Source: a virus
Taxonomy: Duplodnaviria; Caudoviricetes
Reading direction: 5' to 3' (one strand)
Length of the DNA stretch: 64,000 nt
Virus record (IMG/VR): IMGVR_UViG_3300033463_000075
Coordinates: 1-64,000 of that record
The notes under the pieces are model-generated. The model made no database searches, had not been told where the DNA came from, and saw only the letters and a program-made list of their open reading frames with translations. Positions 1 through 9,843 of the stretch are shown piece by piece (position 1 is the first letter of the stretch; each line of letters opens with the position of its first letter). Both the position numbers and the translations under genes were made by a program.

Positions 1-9
1 TTTCGTAAA

Positions 10-297
10 CTATCTTACCTCGCTTTCCCAAATAACTTCTTCACATTCGCTGTATTCAGGATTACTTACATTAACCTTTTCTACTCTAATATTAAAATAA
101 TCACCTTCTAGTTCGTCAAACTTTTTAATTTGATCATAATAATTATCAACTACATCTTGTAAAGTTTCAAAGCACTTAGCAAATTGTATTGCTTGATCTA
201 CTCTTGGAAATTGTGCCATTTGCACTTCAGTGTCAATACACATATCTTCCTTGTCATATCCTAATGCCCAAACCATATAAGTATATTCCTTTTCCAT
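10..297 (-). CDS. small acidic hypothetical early protein (95 aa)
   Basis: ORF with GGAGG RBS, ends TAG; part of a tightly packed cluster. Confidence 0.8.
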   Translation of the reverse strand: MEKEYTYMVWALGYDKEDMCIDTEVQMAQFPRVDQAIQFAKCFETLQDVVDNYYDQIKKFDELEGDYFNIRVEKVNVSNPEYSECEEVIWESEVR

Positions 298-300
298 AAC

Positions 301-477
301 TTAGTCCTCCTCTAGCATATCTATTGCATTATCTATATATCCCATTGCTTCACCAATGTTCCAGATAAATGTATCATCACTACCATCATCAGTATCTTGT
401 GCATAATCAGTTTCTTGAATTTCATCAAGTGCTTCATATAGTTCTACTAACTTATCTTTAATTTCAGGCTTAGTCAT
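301..477 (-). CDS. small acidic hypothetical protein (58 aa, MTKPEIKDKLVELYEALDEIQ...), not in ORF track
   Basis: Read manually; ATG at 477, TAA at 301-303, fills the gap between neighbours. Confidence 0.7.
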   Translation of the reverse strand: MTKPEIKDKLVELYEALDEIQETDYAQDTDDGSDDTFIWNIGEAMGYIDNAIDMLEED

Positions 478-721
478 TGAAATTGTCCCTCCTTCCTAAT
501 AAGTAATCTAGTGCTTGTGGTCTTTCTGTCATATCTGGCTCATAGTCAAAAATAACACTCTTGCCAGTTATCCACTCTTCTTCTTCCATATTAACTTTAA
601 CTACACCATCTTCTATAGTTAATCCCCAAATATAATCACCTTCTTGAAGTTCAAATACTTCTTCTGCTCTTTTATTTAGTTCGTCTAAATCCAATGTTGT
701 TCTAATAATCATATTAGTCAT
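470..721 (-). CDS. hypothetical early protein (83 aa)
   Basis: ORF track; operon-like packing. Confidence 0.75.
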   Translation of the reverse strand: MTNMIIRTTLDLDELNKRAEEVFELQEGDYIWGLTIEDGVVKVNMEEEEWITGKSVIFDYEPDMTERPQALDYLLGRRDNFND

Positions 722-724
722 TTA

Positions 725-952
725 TTAGTCCTCCAAATTTACACAATGATAGTCATAATCGTAATCACCGACGTCTTTGTCCCAATAAGAATTGCAGATT
801 TCAAAACAGCCATCTTCTTTATAGGTATTTATATTTACTATATCAAAACTACCAAACTTACTTGGGATTTCTCCAAATGCTTCTTCTAATTCATCTTTTG
901 TCTTAAACTGATCTAGATAATCCCAGCAATCGTTAATATGCTTAAATTCCAT
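725..952 (-). CDS. hypothetical acidic early protein (75 aa)
   Basis: ORF with GGAGG RBS. Confidence 0.75.
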   Translation of the reverse strand: MEFKHINDCWDYLDQFKTKDELEEAFGEIPSKFGSFDIVNINTYKEDGCFEICNSYWDKDVGDYDYDYHCVNLED

Positions 953-961
953 AATCCCTCC

Positions 962-1243
962 CTAAATATTGTGTTCCCAAACTTTGCCTTTGTAAATGGT
1001 AGTTAAACCATCAGCATCTTCTAATTCAATAGAGTATTCAGTATCAGTTAATTCTTCGTCTACAATTTCGCCATAGCCCTTTAGTTGTGACTTAACTGTT
1101 TTGAAATCTCTTTTTAATTGTTCTTTTGCTTTTTCAGTATCTATAAACATTCTTTGTGAATCTAATGATAGATTTGTAAATGATCCACCAACTGGTGAAT
1201 ATTGTTGTCCTGAACTATAAGTTGTATAAACTGCTATTAACAT
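962..1243 (-). CDS. hypothetical early protein (93 aa)
   Basis: ORF with GGAGG RBS directly below a sigma70/sigmaA-type promoter. Confidence 0.8.
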   Translation of the reverse strand: MLIAVYTTYSSGQQYSPVGGSFTNLSLDSQRMFIDTEKAKEQLKRDFKTVKSQLKGYGEIVDEELTDTEYSIELEDADGLTTIYKGKVWEHNI

Positions 1244-1269
1244 ATAATTACCTCCATTCCTATACTTAT

Positions 1270-1298
1270 ATTATATCACTTGCAATACAAATTGTAAA
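1270..1298 (-). promoter_or_regulatory. host-type early promoter TTTACA-N17-TATAAT
   Basis: Minus strand: -35 at 1298-1293, -10 at 1275-1270. Confidence 0.8.
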
Positions 1299-1333
1299 CT
1301 ACTTTTTGTAAAGTTATTGTAAAGTATACTCAT

Positions 1334-1558
1334 TTAATTATGTTGTTTGTAGTAATAGTTAAGTGCTTCTTTAACTCTTGCTTCATCTTTAGCATTCTTG
1401 AAAACCCATTCTTCTTCATTCTCAACCATATCTACTCCAATCATATCTGCAATTTCTTGTAAGTCGTGTTGATAGTCATCAAAGTCACAAAAAAAGTGTC
1501 CTGAATTTCTTTCCATTTCAACTGCTTCATCTATTGCTTTGTAATCTTTCTTTAACAT
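1334..1558 (-). CDS. hypothetical early protein (74 aa)
   Basis: ORF with GGAGG RBS and own promoter. Confidence 0.75.
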   Translation of the reverse strand: MLKKDYKAIDEAVEMERNSGHFFCDFDDYQHDLQEIADMIGVDMVENEEEWVFKNAKDEARVKEALNYYYKQHN

Positions 1559-1593
1559 AAGTATTTATCCTCCATTACTTATCTTCTATAATA

Positions 1594-1622
1594 ATTATAT
1601 CGCGTTTTATATAAAAAGTAAA
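1594..1622 (-). promoter_or_regulatory. early promoter TTTACT-N17-TATAAT
   Basis: Direct sequence match. Confidence 0.75.
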
Positions 1623-1638
1623 TATATTTATGTAAAAT

Positions 1639-1899
1639 CTACGCAAGATTGCTTTCATAATCTTTTATATAATCTATTACGCCATTTAATAGGTCCTCTA
1701 TAAAAGCAGCACCAAATGAATAGTTAACTAATTCAGTATAACCTTGTTCTGGATCAGTTGCCATAATAAATACTATATCACTAGAGCACTTACCTCTGTA
1801 AGATATACCTTCTAATAAATCATATACTTTACCTGTGCGAATACTTTTAATAGAATATCCTTCTTTTTCATCAAAAATAACTTCAAAATTGTCTTTCAT
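1639..1899 (-). CDS. hypothetical early protein (86 aa)
   Basis: ORF with GGAGG RBS and own promoter. Confidence 0.75.
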   Translation of the reverse strand: MKDNFEVIFDEKEGYSIKSIRTGKVYDLLEGISYRGKCSSDIVFIMATDPEQGYTELVNYSFGAAFIEDLLNGVIDYIKDYESNLA

Positions 1900-1924
1900 A
1901 CTTGACCTCCATTCTTATACATAT

Positions 1925-1954
1925 ATTATAACACAAAAATAAGCGGCTTGTAAA
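1925..1954 (-). promoter_or_regulatory. early promoter TTTACA-N18-TATAAT; the -35 lies in the loop of hairpin AAGCGG/CCGCTT (probable nrdG terminator)
   Basis: Direct sequence match. Confidence 0.65.
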
Positions 1955-2006
1955 CCGCTTATCTGTAAAATTTCTGTAAATTTTTATAGTTTTAGAAGAA
2001 ATCTGT

Positions 2007-2528
2007 CTAAAGAATAGTGCTCTTCCAATTGTTTATCTTGTGCTTTCTAAACTTATCAGTGATATTGATCCACTTATCTCCTACGCGCTTAAACATCACT
2101 TGGTTACTTACTGGAAGTACTATAGGTCCTGCTGTCTGGTCCTTCCAAGTTGATTCATCACCAATAAAAGGTCGAAACTCTCCAATCTTGTAGTAATCTA
2201 AACAATTTAGAAGGTTTATGTCTAAAAAGCTAAATCCAGAGTACATCCCAACCCTTAAGTGGTGCTTTTCGTGCACATAATGTGCAAGCTCTTCTACAGC
2301 TTGGTGATCATTATCACCACCCATTAGGCCGACTAACGTGATCCCTGGATGTGATCTGATCTTTTCATCCAGAGCTTCTTTAGTAAGTAGCTCACCTACA
2401 TCAGCACGTAATTCTGGCTCTGAGCATTGCTTACAAGTTCCAGGGCAATTACTAATATTAAATATTAGAGAGATTTCGTCTGGAAATTCAGCAAAGGTTA
2501 TAGTTGGCTCACCAAGGTACTTAAGCAT
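2007..2528 (-). CDS. nrdG: anaerobic ribonucleotide reductase activating protein (radical SAM)
   Basis: CPGTCKQC CxxxCxxC motif, TFAEFPDEISL N-terminus, adjacent to nrdD. Confidence 0.9.
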   Translation of the reverse strand: MLKYLGEPTITFAEFPDEISLIFNISNCPGTCKQCSEPELRADVGELLTKEALDEKIRSHPGITLVGLMGGDNDHQAVEELAHYVHEKHHLRVGMYSGFSFLDINLLNCLDYYKIGEFRPFIGDESTWKDQTAGPIVLPVSNQVMFKRVGDKWINITDKFRKHKINNWKSTIL

Positions 2529-3510
2529 TAGTCTTTAGCTCCTTTAAGTAATTTAATATTTCTTGCTCTGAATAAAACATTAGATAATTTAACTTATTAT
2601 TCTTTGCACATAATTGTTTCTCTGGATCAAGTTCTGTCCAAACTCTAATTGCATTTTCAAAAAATTTAGAAGTATCTGCCTTAGCTTTCCAAGTATTAAG
2701 CAATTTAATATCTTCTTCATTTGTGCTATCATATGGATGTCCACCATGTGTGAAGAATAAATTTAACTCAATAAACTGATCTAGTGACTTAATATAAATG
2801 TCACAATGATATGGATACCTTTCTTCTTTATATTCAGTTAGTATATCATCTGCACCATAAATTTCTTTTAATACACTAACTGTATTAGCTTGAATTTTAG
2901 AAGTATTTGTTGTTCCATTTTGCTTTTTTGTTTCAAATACTTTTTCGCTTATTTGCTTAAAATCATATTTAGCTTTCACTATATCTGACTGCATTGGATA
3001 CTCTACACCATAATGCTCTAAACATGACTCTTTTTTTCTTTCCTTAATTAAATCTAATTTATTAACACTTGTTACACCATATTTTTCTAAACAAGTTTCT
3101 TTAGCTTTACCTGGATTCACATAGTGTGGATTATTATATCTGTCTACCTTAGTTTGCTCTGCTTTTTCTTTAAACTGCTCGGCTTGAAATGGATTTTCAA
3201 CACCATATTTTTCTAAGCAAGTTTTTTTACCTTGATCTTTATTATTATAATTTGGATCGCCATATTTAGCTAAACAAGTTTTTTTATTATGCACTTGGCA
3301 TAAATTCTTTGGCTTTCTAATTCCATAATGATTTTGAAAAACTGTTAAATTACCTAGCGTGATATTAAAATGTTTTACAGTTTCTTTTGCTGAATGATTT
3401 TCAGTAATATAGTATTGCACAAGGTCGTCTATACAAAGAACTTTACTACCATTTCTAAAAACTTCTCTGCCTATATATTGAAATGGCTCACCAAATTTAT
3501 TTTTTATCAT
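2521..3510 (-). CDS. free-standing homing endonuclease-like protein with KTCLEKYGV repeats
   Basis: Several CLEKYGV-type repeats; C-terminal CDIYI...FIELN (PD-(D/E)XK/Vsr-like); inserted between nrdD and nrdG. Confidence 0.65.
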   Translation of the reverse strand: MIKNKFGEPFQYIGREVFRNGSKVLCIDDLVQYYITENHSAKETVKHFNITLGNLTVFQNHYGIRKPKNLCQVHNKKTCLAKYGDPNYNNKDQGKKTCLEKYGVENPFQAEQFKEKAEQTKVDRYNNPHYVNPGKAKETCLEKYGVTSVNKLDLIKERKKESCLEHYGVEYPMQSDIVKAKYDFKQISEKVFETKKQNGTTNTSKIQANTVSVLKEIYGADDILTEYKEERYPYHCDIYIKSLDQFIELNLFFTHGGHPYDSTNEEDIKLLNTWKAKADTSKFFENAIRVWTELDPEKQLCAKNNKLNYLMFYSEQEILNYLKELKTNA

Positions 3511-3593
3511 AAAAATATACTCCTGCTATAATATTATACATTAAATTTAGCATAATTTTCAGCAGGAATATATTCAAATCACAGAAGTTTTTA

Positions 3594-5528
3594 TTAGTCT
3601 TGCTTATATTTATAAGTTACACCTTGGTTAATTGCCTCTTGCCAATAGCTTCTAGTATTAAATTCTTGTTGTCTTGCAGCACTGAAGCTAGAAACTCTCT
3701 TTAGGTAGCCTATAATTCTAGTTGCATAATCTAAATTATGTGACTTACAATTTGGACATTCACATAATGGCTCTTTGTAAATTTTATTACATTCATTGCA
3801 TACCGTCATTGGAATATTAAATGTAAAATATGAACAGCCACAGTTAATAGCAACATCCATAAGCTTTCTATATTGCTCTTGACTTAAATGTTCATTAAGT
3901 CCTATGTGACAAGCTGATCCTCCATCTAAATTAGCAATAAAATCACTACCATGTAAGCGCATTTTAGTTATAGGGTCATAGGTTAAGTTTTCCATTGGGA
4001 AGAAGTAAGAATTATAAAGCACCCTATTTTCAGGAACCCAGTATCCATCACGCTTATCCCACTTATAAAGTTTATTTCCGGCTGATTCTGCTGGCACAAA
4101 TTCCGAATTATATCTTAAGTGCTCTGTTCTAGCAGCAGTATTTAGATCCTTCATTGTGCTAAGAATATCTTTAGCATATGCTTTGTAAGCTTCATTATCT
4201 GGCTTTAGTTCTAGGTTTTTATATGCATCTGGAATATAATCATTCATGCTAGCTAGGAATTCAGCTCCTTCAATGAAGCCATTTACGCCTAGTGTTAAGT
4301 ATTGCTTGTCTAAGTCTATGAAGCCAGCATTATACACTGTAAGCAAACCATTGTTATACATATCCCATAAGTGATCATTCCATGCTTCAAGATACTTGTG
4401 CACTCTTCCAACTACTTCAGTAATGTATTCAGCCAAAGATCTTCTGTTTCTCTTGTATTTCTTATTAACTTCATCATTAAACCAGTTTTGAACTATTCTA
4501 TTAATGTTTAAAGTAATAACTTTCTTTGATCCAGTTTCTACACCACCAGCACCTAGTGTGTAGCTAAATACGTTTTCTTCGATCGCATTCTTTAGTCTGC
4601 AGCATGAAGATAAGGCATCAGCACTATCAGAGTTGTATAAGAAGAAGCTATGTCCTTCAGCCCACATCTCTGCAGTGAAGTCAGCCATTTCTGAATCCAC
4701 ATATTCATGTGTGTCTTTATCCCATAATAAGTTCATTGTTTCTACTGGGAATGTAATAACTTTCTTAGTTCTTTCATTATTAAACCACTTCATGAATAGC
4801 TTTTGTAGCTCTTTAGTGCTTTCCCAATTAGGTTCGTCACCGTCTGGGAAGAAAAAATCCTTAAAGATGCTTTCAAAGTATCCCTTGTCAAAGTAAGCGA
4901 TATTAGTGAAAGGTGATTGGTATCCTCTTGCAGCTGCTGGTTGATTAACACAATAAACAAATTCCTCAAATAATGCATATACAGTTTTTCTTAAAGACAT
5001 GCTACCTAGAAGGTTTTCGTCTAAATGCTTAATGTAATCCTCACCATAATCAGCTCTTAAGAAGTGATCCAAATATGGTATAAACTCTGGAACTGCTACT
5101 GCACCAGCAAATTGTCCTGCTATTAAAAAGATCAGATTGCATAGGCCGCCTACGAAAGACGATGCATGTTTAGGTGCACTAGAGCTACCACCTAGCTTTT
5201 CTAATCCGTCTAGTAAAAATGGGTATAAAGAAATAGCTACACAATATGGCATGATACTCGTCTCATCATGACTATAAATAATATGGTGCTTTAAATCTGA
5301 ATCAAATTGATCACATAATTCTTGGCCATATTTAGCTAGTAAGTATTTCTTTACAATAGCTCTATTTACGTCGATGAAGTCAGGCTTAGAGATCTCTGCT
5401 GACATTGTAGCTATATTCTTACTTGTTACGTTTGCATTAGCATCTACTTCTGATCCTGATGCAGCGTTAATTGCTGTTTTGTAGTTATCAATAAATTTTA
5501 ATTTTCTTTGTAATGTTCTTTCATCCAT
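3594..5528 (-). CDS. nrdD: class III anaerobic ribonucleoside-triphosphate reductase (no ATP cone)
   Basis: YCVAISL, CCRL, C-terminal CNEC...CPNC zinc site and TRIIGYL glycyl-radical motif; all 10 Trp are TGG. Confidence 0.95.
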   Translation of the reverse strand: MDERTLQRKLKFIDNYKTAINAASGSEVDANANVTSKNIATMSAEISKPDFIDVNRAIVKKYLLAKYGQELCDQFDSDLKHHIIYSHDETSIMPYCVAISLYPFLLDGLEKLGGSSSAPKHASSFVGGLCNLIFLIAGQFAGAVAVPEFIPYLDHFLRADYGEDYIKHLDENLLGSMSLRKTVYALFEEFVYCVNQPAAARGYQSPFTNIAYFDKGYFESIFKDFFFPDGDEPNWESTKELQKLFMKWFNNERTKKVITFPVETMNLLWDKDTHEYVDSEMADFTAEMWAEGHSFFLYNSDSADALSSCCRLKNAIEENVFSYTLGAGGVETGSKKVITLNINRIVQNWFNDEVNKKYKRNRRSLAEYITEVVGRVHKYLEAWNDHLWDMYNNGLLTVYNAGFIDLDKQYLTLGVNGFIEGAEFLASMNDYIPDAYKNLELKPDNEAYKAYAKDILSTMKDLNTAARTEHLRYNSEFVPAESAGNKLYKWDKRDGYWVPENRVLYNSYFFPMENLTYDPITKMRLHGSDFIANLDGGSACHIGLNEHLSQEQYRKLMDVAINCGCSYFTFNIPMTVCNECNKIYKEPLCECPNCKSHNLDYATRIIGYLKRVSSFSAARQQEFNTRSYWQEAINQGVTYKYKQD

Positions 5529-5531
5529 AAA

Positions 5532-5738
5532 CTAATTGCCTCTCTTAATAAATTCCATGATCTCTTTTCCTACTAATCTTTTACCATCTTCTAATTCGAT
5601 AGTTGGTGTGTGATTAATGCCTAATTCAATCATCTTATCTTTATCTTGGCAATCTTCGTAAGCTATGTTTGCCTTGTCTAACATCATATGGACTAGCTTA
5701 CATTGTCCACATGTAGGTTGTGAGTACAACTTAATCAT
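5532..5738 (-). CDS. glutaredoxin/NrdH-like redoxin
   Basis: YSQPTCGQC CxxC motif and TP motif, next to nrdD. Confidence 0.8.
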   Translation of the reverse strand: MIKLYSQPTCGQCKLVHMMLDKANIAYEDCQDKDKMIELGINHTPTIELEDGKRLVGKEIMEFIKRGN

Positions 5739-5744
5739 AAAATT

Positions 5745-5954
5745 TTAGTTAATCTCCTTTAAATAATTCATTGCGTCTTCATAACTTAGAAAGTTTTCTT
5801 CTATTTGCAATATTGGTGCTAATGTTTTTGTTTTTTGTTCTATTTTTATTATTGCTTTCGAATCATCTTCTAACTCATATGCAATGTTTTTTTCTTTTAG
5901 TAAAGTTTCTAAATTTTTACTTTTAGTTCCCCCGATACTAAATAGTTTTATCAT
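5745..5954 (-). CDS. glutaredoxin-fold protein lacking the CxxC
   Basis: Aligns by eye with the neighbour (MIKLF/YS..., K(N/A)IAYE, AP/TP) but has no Cys. Confidence 0.55.
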   Translation of the reverse strand: MIKLFSIGGTKSKNLETLLKEKNIAYELEDDSKAIIKIEQKTKTLAPILQIEENFLSYEDAMNYLKEIN

Positions 5955-6130
5955 TATATACCTCGTCGAAATTTCATTAATTACCTACCTATATAAGGCC
6001 AGGTATATATTTTAGCACTTAATTTTGACCTCAAATTTGAAATAAATTGGACCACATTGGTGCCCAATTTTTAATAGCCAAGATATGTCTGAAATTATAT
6101 AAATTCAGAAGGATTACGTCTGTTTAGCTA

Positions 6131-6544
6131 CTAAAATTTCATTCGCTTTTCTCTGTAGTCGATCAGATGCTCTTGGGGTCTTTCTTCTCCAGCTAAGATG
6201 TTTACTAAGTTTCCGCTAAGTAAGCAGTAGCAGTAAAATTCATCTAATATATCATGAGTAAGCTCTTGCTCTTTTGTGTAAAATTTAATACAAGTATCCA
6301 ACTGATAAACACCACCTACTGTGATAATGTCATTGTTGTTTCCTTCACTTACATCTATCAGATACTGCTTATACATAGCTTTGTGTGCTTTCTTGATAGC
6401 TTTGATAACCTTACGCATAGTATGGTAATATTCCACAACAAAAGCAGCTTGAGATCAATTCTTTATGAACTCAAACTTGGAATGCTCGCCTTTTATTGCT
6501 CTTGCTATTAATTCTGTAATTTCGTCTTTATTATTTGCCATCAT
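6131..6544 (-). CDS. hypothetical protein (137 aa with TGA=Trp at codon 30)
   Basis: ATG at 6544 is in frame with track ORF 6131-6436 through one TGA (6455-6457). Confidence 0.6.
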
Positions 6545-6575
6545 TATATTATACATTATTTTTATTAATAAAAAT

Positions 6576-6608
6576 AAAAACCTGGTCCGTCGACAACCAG
6601 GTTTCTTT
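6576..6608. terminator. intrinsic terminator hairpin AAACCTGGT/ACCAGGTTT
   Basis: Inverted repeat flanked by A/T tracts, downstream of 6693-8141. Confidence 0.65.
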
Positions 6609-6692
6609 GTTGCATCTGATAGGAGGTGTTTCAGATGCTCATTATATTATACAATGTCAAATTTGAAATTTTAGTAATTTCGTTTAAATTTT

Positions 6693-8141
6693 TTAAAATG
6701 CATTAAATGGGTCTATTTCAGCTTCCTCATTTAATGTTAAATTCTCTGATTTGTTTTCTGTAGCTAATTCAGAATTTTCTTCTGCTTCTTTTTGAAATTC
6801 AGAGTTGTTTAGTGATTCTTTAGCTTCTTCTTTAGGCTCTTCTGGTAATTCTGGCAATTCTGAAACTTCGGCAGTTTCGTTTTCCTCTTCCTTAGGCTCT
6901 TCTTCTTTAGCTTCAGGTTCATCAGTAACTACATCTTTAATAGCTTCTGGAAGATCTTTGTCTAAAGTAGCTTCAGTTTCTTCTAAATCCTTCTTAATGT
7001 CATTAGCAATTAGCTCATTATCAGCTTTTAGAAGATCTTTTTCTAATTCTGCTTTCTTAGCAGTTAAAAATGCAATATAGTCATTATATAAACCAAGCTT
7101 TTTATCAAGATCAACTTCTTTTTCAATAGCTTCCTTGAAGTATTCCTCTGTAAGTGGCTTCTCAAGTGGCTCTTTCTTCATTAAGCAGTCTAGTGGCTTT
7201 TCATCTTCTGAGTGTGTTACTACTTTATTTGGTGCTTGGCAGTCTACTACTGCATTATCAATACCTTTTAGTTCTTGAGTGCTCTCAACTGGAGGATGTT
7301 CTTCATTAACATGCTCTTCTAGTGATTTATCGTTATCAGTTTCGTCAGTAAGTAGTCTTACTTCTGCTACACCATCATATAAGCCATATGGATATTCTGG
7401 AAAGTTAGCTTCCATTTGTGCATATGCTTCTTCATCGTTTTGTGCCATTACTGATCCGATTACTCTACCATCAAAAATACATTCATATTCTTTATCACCA
7501 ATATCTTCAACTATAGGTTTGATGCCTGCTTCATGTGCTCTCATGTCAGTTCCATCTGTAACTTCTACAATTTCTGGCTCTTCCAATTCAAATTTAGTAA
7601 TTCTTGGGTCATCATATTGAAGATCAGTTGGATCTTTATCTACTAAATCTAAATTTGTTCCTTGATGTGAAGTAAGTTCTTGTCCACAAATAGGACAAAT
7701 GTAGCCAACATCTAGCTTTTTACAGTCAGCTTTAGGGAAAAGACCAAAGCAAACTTTGCATTCTACTTGATCTTCATTTTCTTCTAAAGCCTCTACCATG
7801 TCTACATAGTCAATATCGACATCAGTGCCATCAGCTTCTACAGGGTCACCTGGAATATCAGCACTAATACCATCAGCTGTAATAGCAAAGACAGATTCAT
7901 TAACACCTTCTGCACACTTGGTATAAACTATTTCTTGACCTTCCATAACTGGGAAACCAGTATCATCTGGAACATCATAGTAGTCAGCCCTAACTGCAGT
8001 GCTTAATCCTGTCTTGGCAAATTCCTCATCAGCATAAGCTTTAGCATCATCAAAGTTTTCGAAACCATAACCTAGTGTAACATTTACAAGCTTATTCTTA
8101 GCTGCATCAAATTTCAAAACATTGTAATCAGTTGTTTTCAT
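6693..8141 (-). CDS. acidic late protein with zinc ribbon; putative prohead core/internal head protein
   Basis: Very Glu/Asp-rich, CKVC...CPIC, many L-x-E motifs, late-promoter motif upstream, shares a 31-aa module with 46277-48496. Confidence 0.55.
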   Translation of the reverse strand: MKTTDYNVLKFDAAKNKLVNVTLGYGFENFDDAKAYADEEFAKTGLSTAVRADYYDVPDDTGFPVMEGQEIVYTKCAEGVNESVFAITADGISADIPGDPVEADGTDVDIDYVDMVEALEENEDQVECKVCFGLFPKADCKKLDVGYICPICGQELTSHQGTNLDLVDKDPTDLQYDDPRITKFELEEPEIVEVTDGTDMRAHEAGIKPIVEDIGDKEYECIFDGRVIGSVMAQNDEEAYAQMEANFPEYPYGLYDGVAEVRLLTDETDNDKSLEEHVNEEHPPVESTQELKGIDNAVVDCQAPNKVVTHSEDEKPLDCLMKKEPLEKPLTEEYFKEAIEKEVDLDKKLGLYNDYIAFLTAKKAELEKDLLKADNELIANDIKKDLEETEATLDKDLPEAIKDVVTDEPEAKEEEPKEEENETAEVSELPELPEEPKEEAKESLNNSEFQKEAEENSELATENKSENLTLNEEAEIDPFNAF

Positions 8142-8236
8142 TTTTATCCTCTCAGTTTTTTTATAATAAAAAAAGATAGACTAAACTATCACATAATTTA
8201 GCCTATCTAAGGAGGTGTATTATGAAAAAAGCAAAA

Positions 8237-8911
8237 TTAATTAATCCATTTTATAGTTGGATCACCTTGGTAATCAGCACTAAAGATGAACCATGCATAA
8301 CAAGCAGCTGATCCAATCTTCTTCTTATTACCGTCTTTATCTAACTTAAAACTGCCATCTTCATTCTTTTGATAACGCTCATCATTTTTATAACAAGCAA
8401 CTCTCTTTGAATAAATATACACAGTTTCTAATTGTTTTCTTGAGAATATCTTCTCGGCTCTTTCTTGTCCTTCTAAAAATTGTATCTTCAAGAACAAAGC
8501 CATTTTGTGACCTGGTTGTAAAGCCTTCAAAGCATGCTCTGCAAATTCAGTTTGACACATATAAGGTGGGTTAGTAATAACATCATTGTTAATTACAGTA
8601 TATTCCTTAAAGAAGTCAACTCCTGAAATTCCATATCCATGATCATATAAGTCAGTGGAAATAACTACCTTACCTTTTGCTTCTAAAGCTTTAGATAGGT
8701 TGCCACTTCCGCAACAAGGCTCAAGTATTGTTTCCCCGAATTCTTCTCTTGCTAATAAATCGTTTATACAGTCTGGGTCAGTTGAATAGAAGTCAGTAGC
8801 TTCTCTCTCATCTTTGCAATGATTACTTGCTCCCATTAACCTAAACAAATCTTCTGATGTATGTGCCATTCTGAAATTCCTCCAATTTCGTTCGTCTATA
8901 ATAATATACAC
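8237..8911 (-). CDS. DNA amino-methyltransferase (N6-A/N4-C)
   Basis: EPCCGSG SAM-binding motif I and NPPY motif IV. Confidence 0.85.
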   Translation of the reverse strand: MYIIIDERNWRNFRMAHTSEDLFRLMGASNHCKDEREATDFYSTDPDCINDLLAREEFGETILEPCCGSGNLSKALEAKGKVVISTDLYDHGYGISGVDFFKEYTVINNDVITNPPYMCQTEFAEHALKALQPGHKMALFLKIQFLEGQERAEKIFSRKQLETVYIYSKRVACYKNDERYQKNEDGSFKLDKDGNKKKIGSAACYAWFIFSADYQGDPTIKWIN

Positions 8912-8944
8912 TGCTACTAAGGCAAATTTACCAAATTTCGTTAA

Positions 8945-9349
8945 TTATTTTAGTAGCTTACAGTTATATTTACTCCATAGGTTTCGCATAGTCTCTACTG
9001 ATACTGGATCAGCATCTGGGTCTAAGTCATAGCAGAATAGCTCTACTCTTTGGTCTAAATCATATGGTCTTACGTCTTCAAACTCTAACCAGATAGCTAT
9101 GCTGCCATCAGGTCTTTCAAATTTGCCATAGGCTTTAGCAAATGCTGGGGCTTTTTCTAATAGCTTTTCTAGCTTAACACTAATTTCGCCTGCAGCATCT
9201 GAATCAATGTTGTCAGCTACTCTTAGTTCAAGTATCGCATTGTATTCACCTGATGGTTTTGAAATCTTCTCAATTTCATAAGCACAGAAATCCTTTCCAA
9301 AGATCTCTTTAGTATATACTTCGAATCTTTCTACGTGATAAGCAGCCAT
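8945..9349 (-). CDS. hypothetical protein (134 aa)
   Basis: ORF track; TAATG overlap with upstream gene. Confidence 0.75.
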   Translation of the reverse strand: MAAYHVERFEVYTKEIFGKDFCAYEIEKISKPSGEYNAILELRVADNIDSDAAGEISVKLEKLLEKAPAFAKAYGKFERPDGSIAIWLEFEDVRPYDLDQRVELFCYDLDPDADPVSVETMRNLWSKYNCKLLK

Positions 9350-9753
9350 TATTTAGTCTCCACTATTTCGTAGTCATACTTAAGCACTGGGTACTCACAT
9401 GCCAACTCAAGCTCTTCGTCGATGTAATCTTCTACATCTTGTGTTGATGGGTTGTATCTTACATTTACTTCAAGTGTCTCTGGTAAGCTCTTAAGAACTT
9501 CTTCTACTTTTTCACTGCTACCAACATCACTTAAGTCCCAGTCAATATTGTAAACGTTGATCTTTTGTTCTACTTCAGTAATAGTAATGTCGATATTATC
9601 ATCAAATTTAACATCCTTTACTACGCATCCATTTAACATATCTTCTAAGCTCATTTCCTTAAGCTTGTTAATTAAGTCATCCTTGTCTTTGGCACCTTCG
9701 ACTAAAACATCACTTAGCCAAACTTGCATACTGAAATCTGCATAACCTTCCAT
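9349..9753 (-). CDS. hypothetical acidic protein (134 aa)
   Basis: ORF with GGAG RBS below early promoter. Confidence 0.75.
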   Translation of the reverse strand: MEGYADFSMQVWLSDVLVEGAKDKDDLINKLKEMSLEDMLNGCVVKDVKFDDNIDITITEVEQKINVYNIDWDLSDVGSSEKVEEVLKSLPETLEVNVRYNPSTQDVEDYIDEELELACEYPVLKYDYEIVETK

Positions 9754-9784
9754 AAATAGTTCTCCTTATAGTTTCTCGCATTAT

Positions 9785-9813
9785 ATTATACGCTTTTTAT
9801 AGGCATTTGTAAA
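9785..9813 (-). promoter_or_regulatory. early promoter TTTACA-N17-TATAAT
   Basis: Direct sequence match. Confidence 0.8.
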
Positions 9814-9843
9814 CCTTTTAAAGCAAAATTTAAGTAAAATATC

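Noticed and set aside
3594-5528. Intron or intein in nrdD
   Set aside because: Continuous 644-aa ORF of normal size with no splice or intein motifs.
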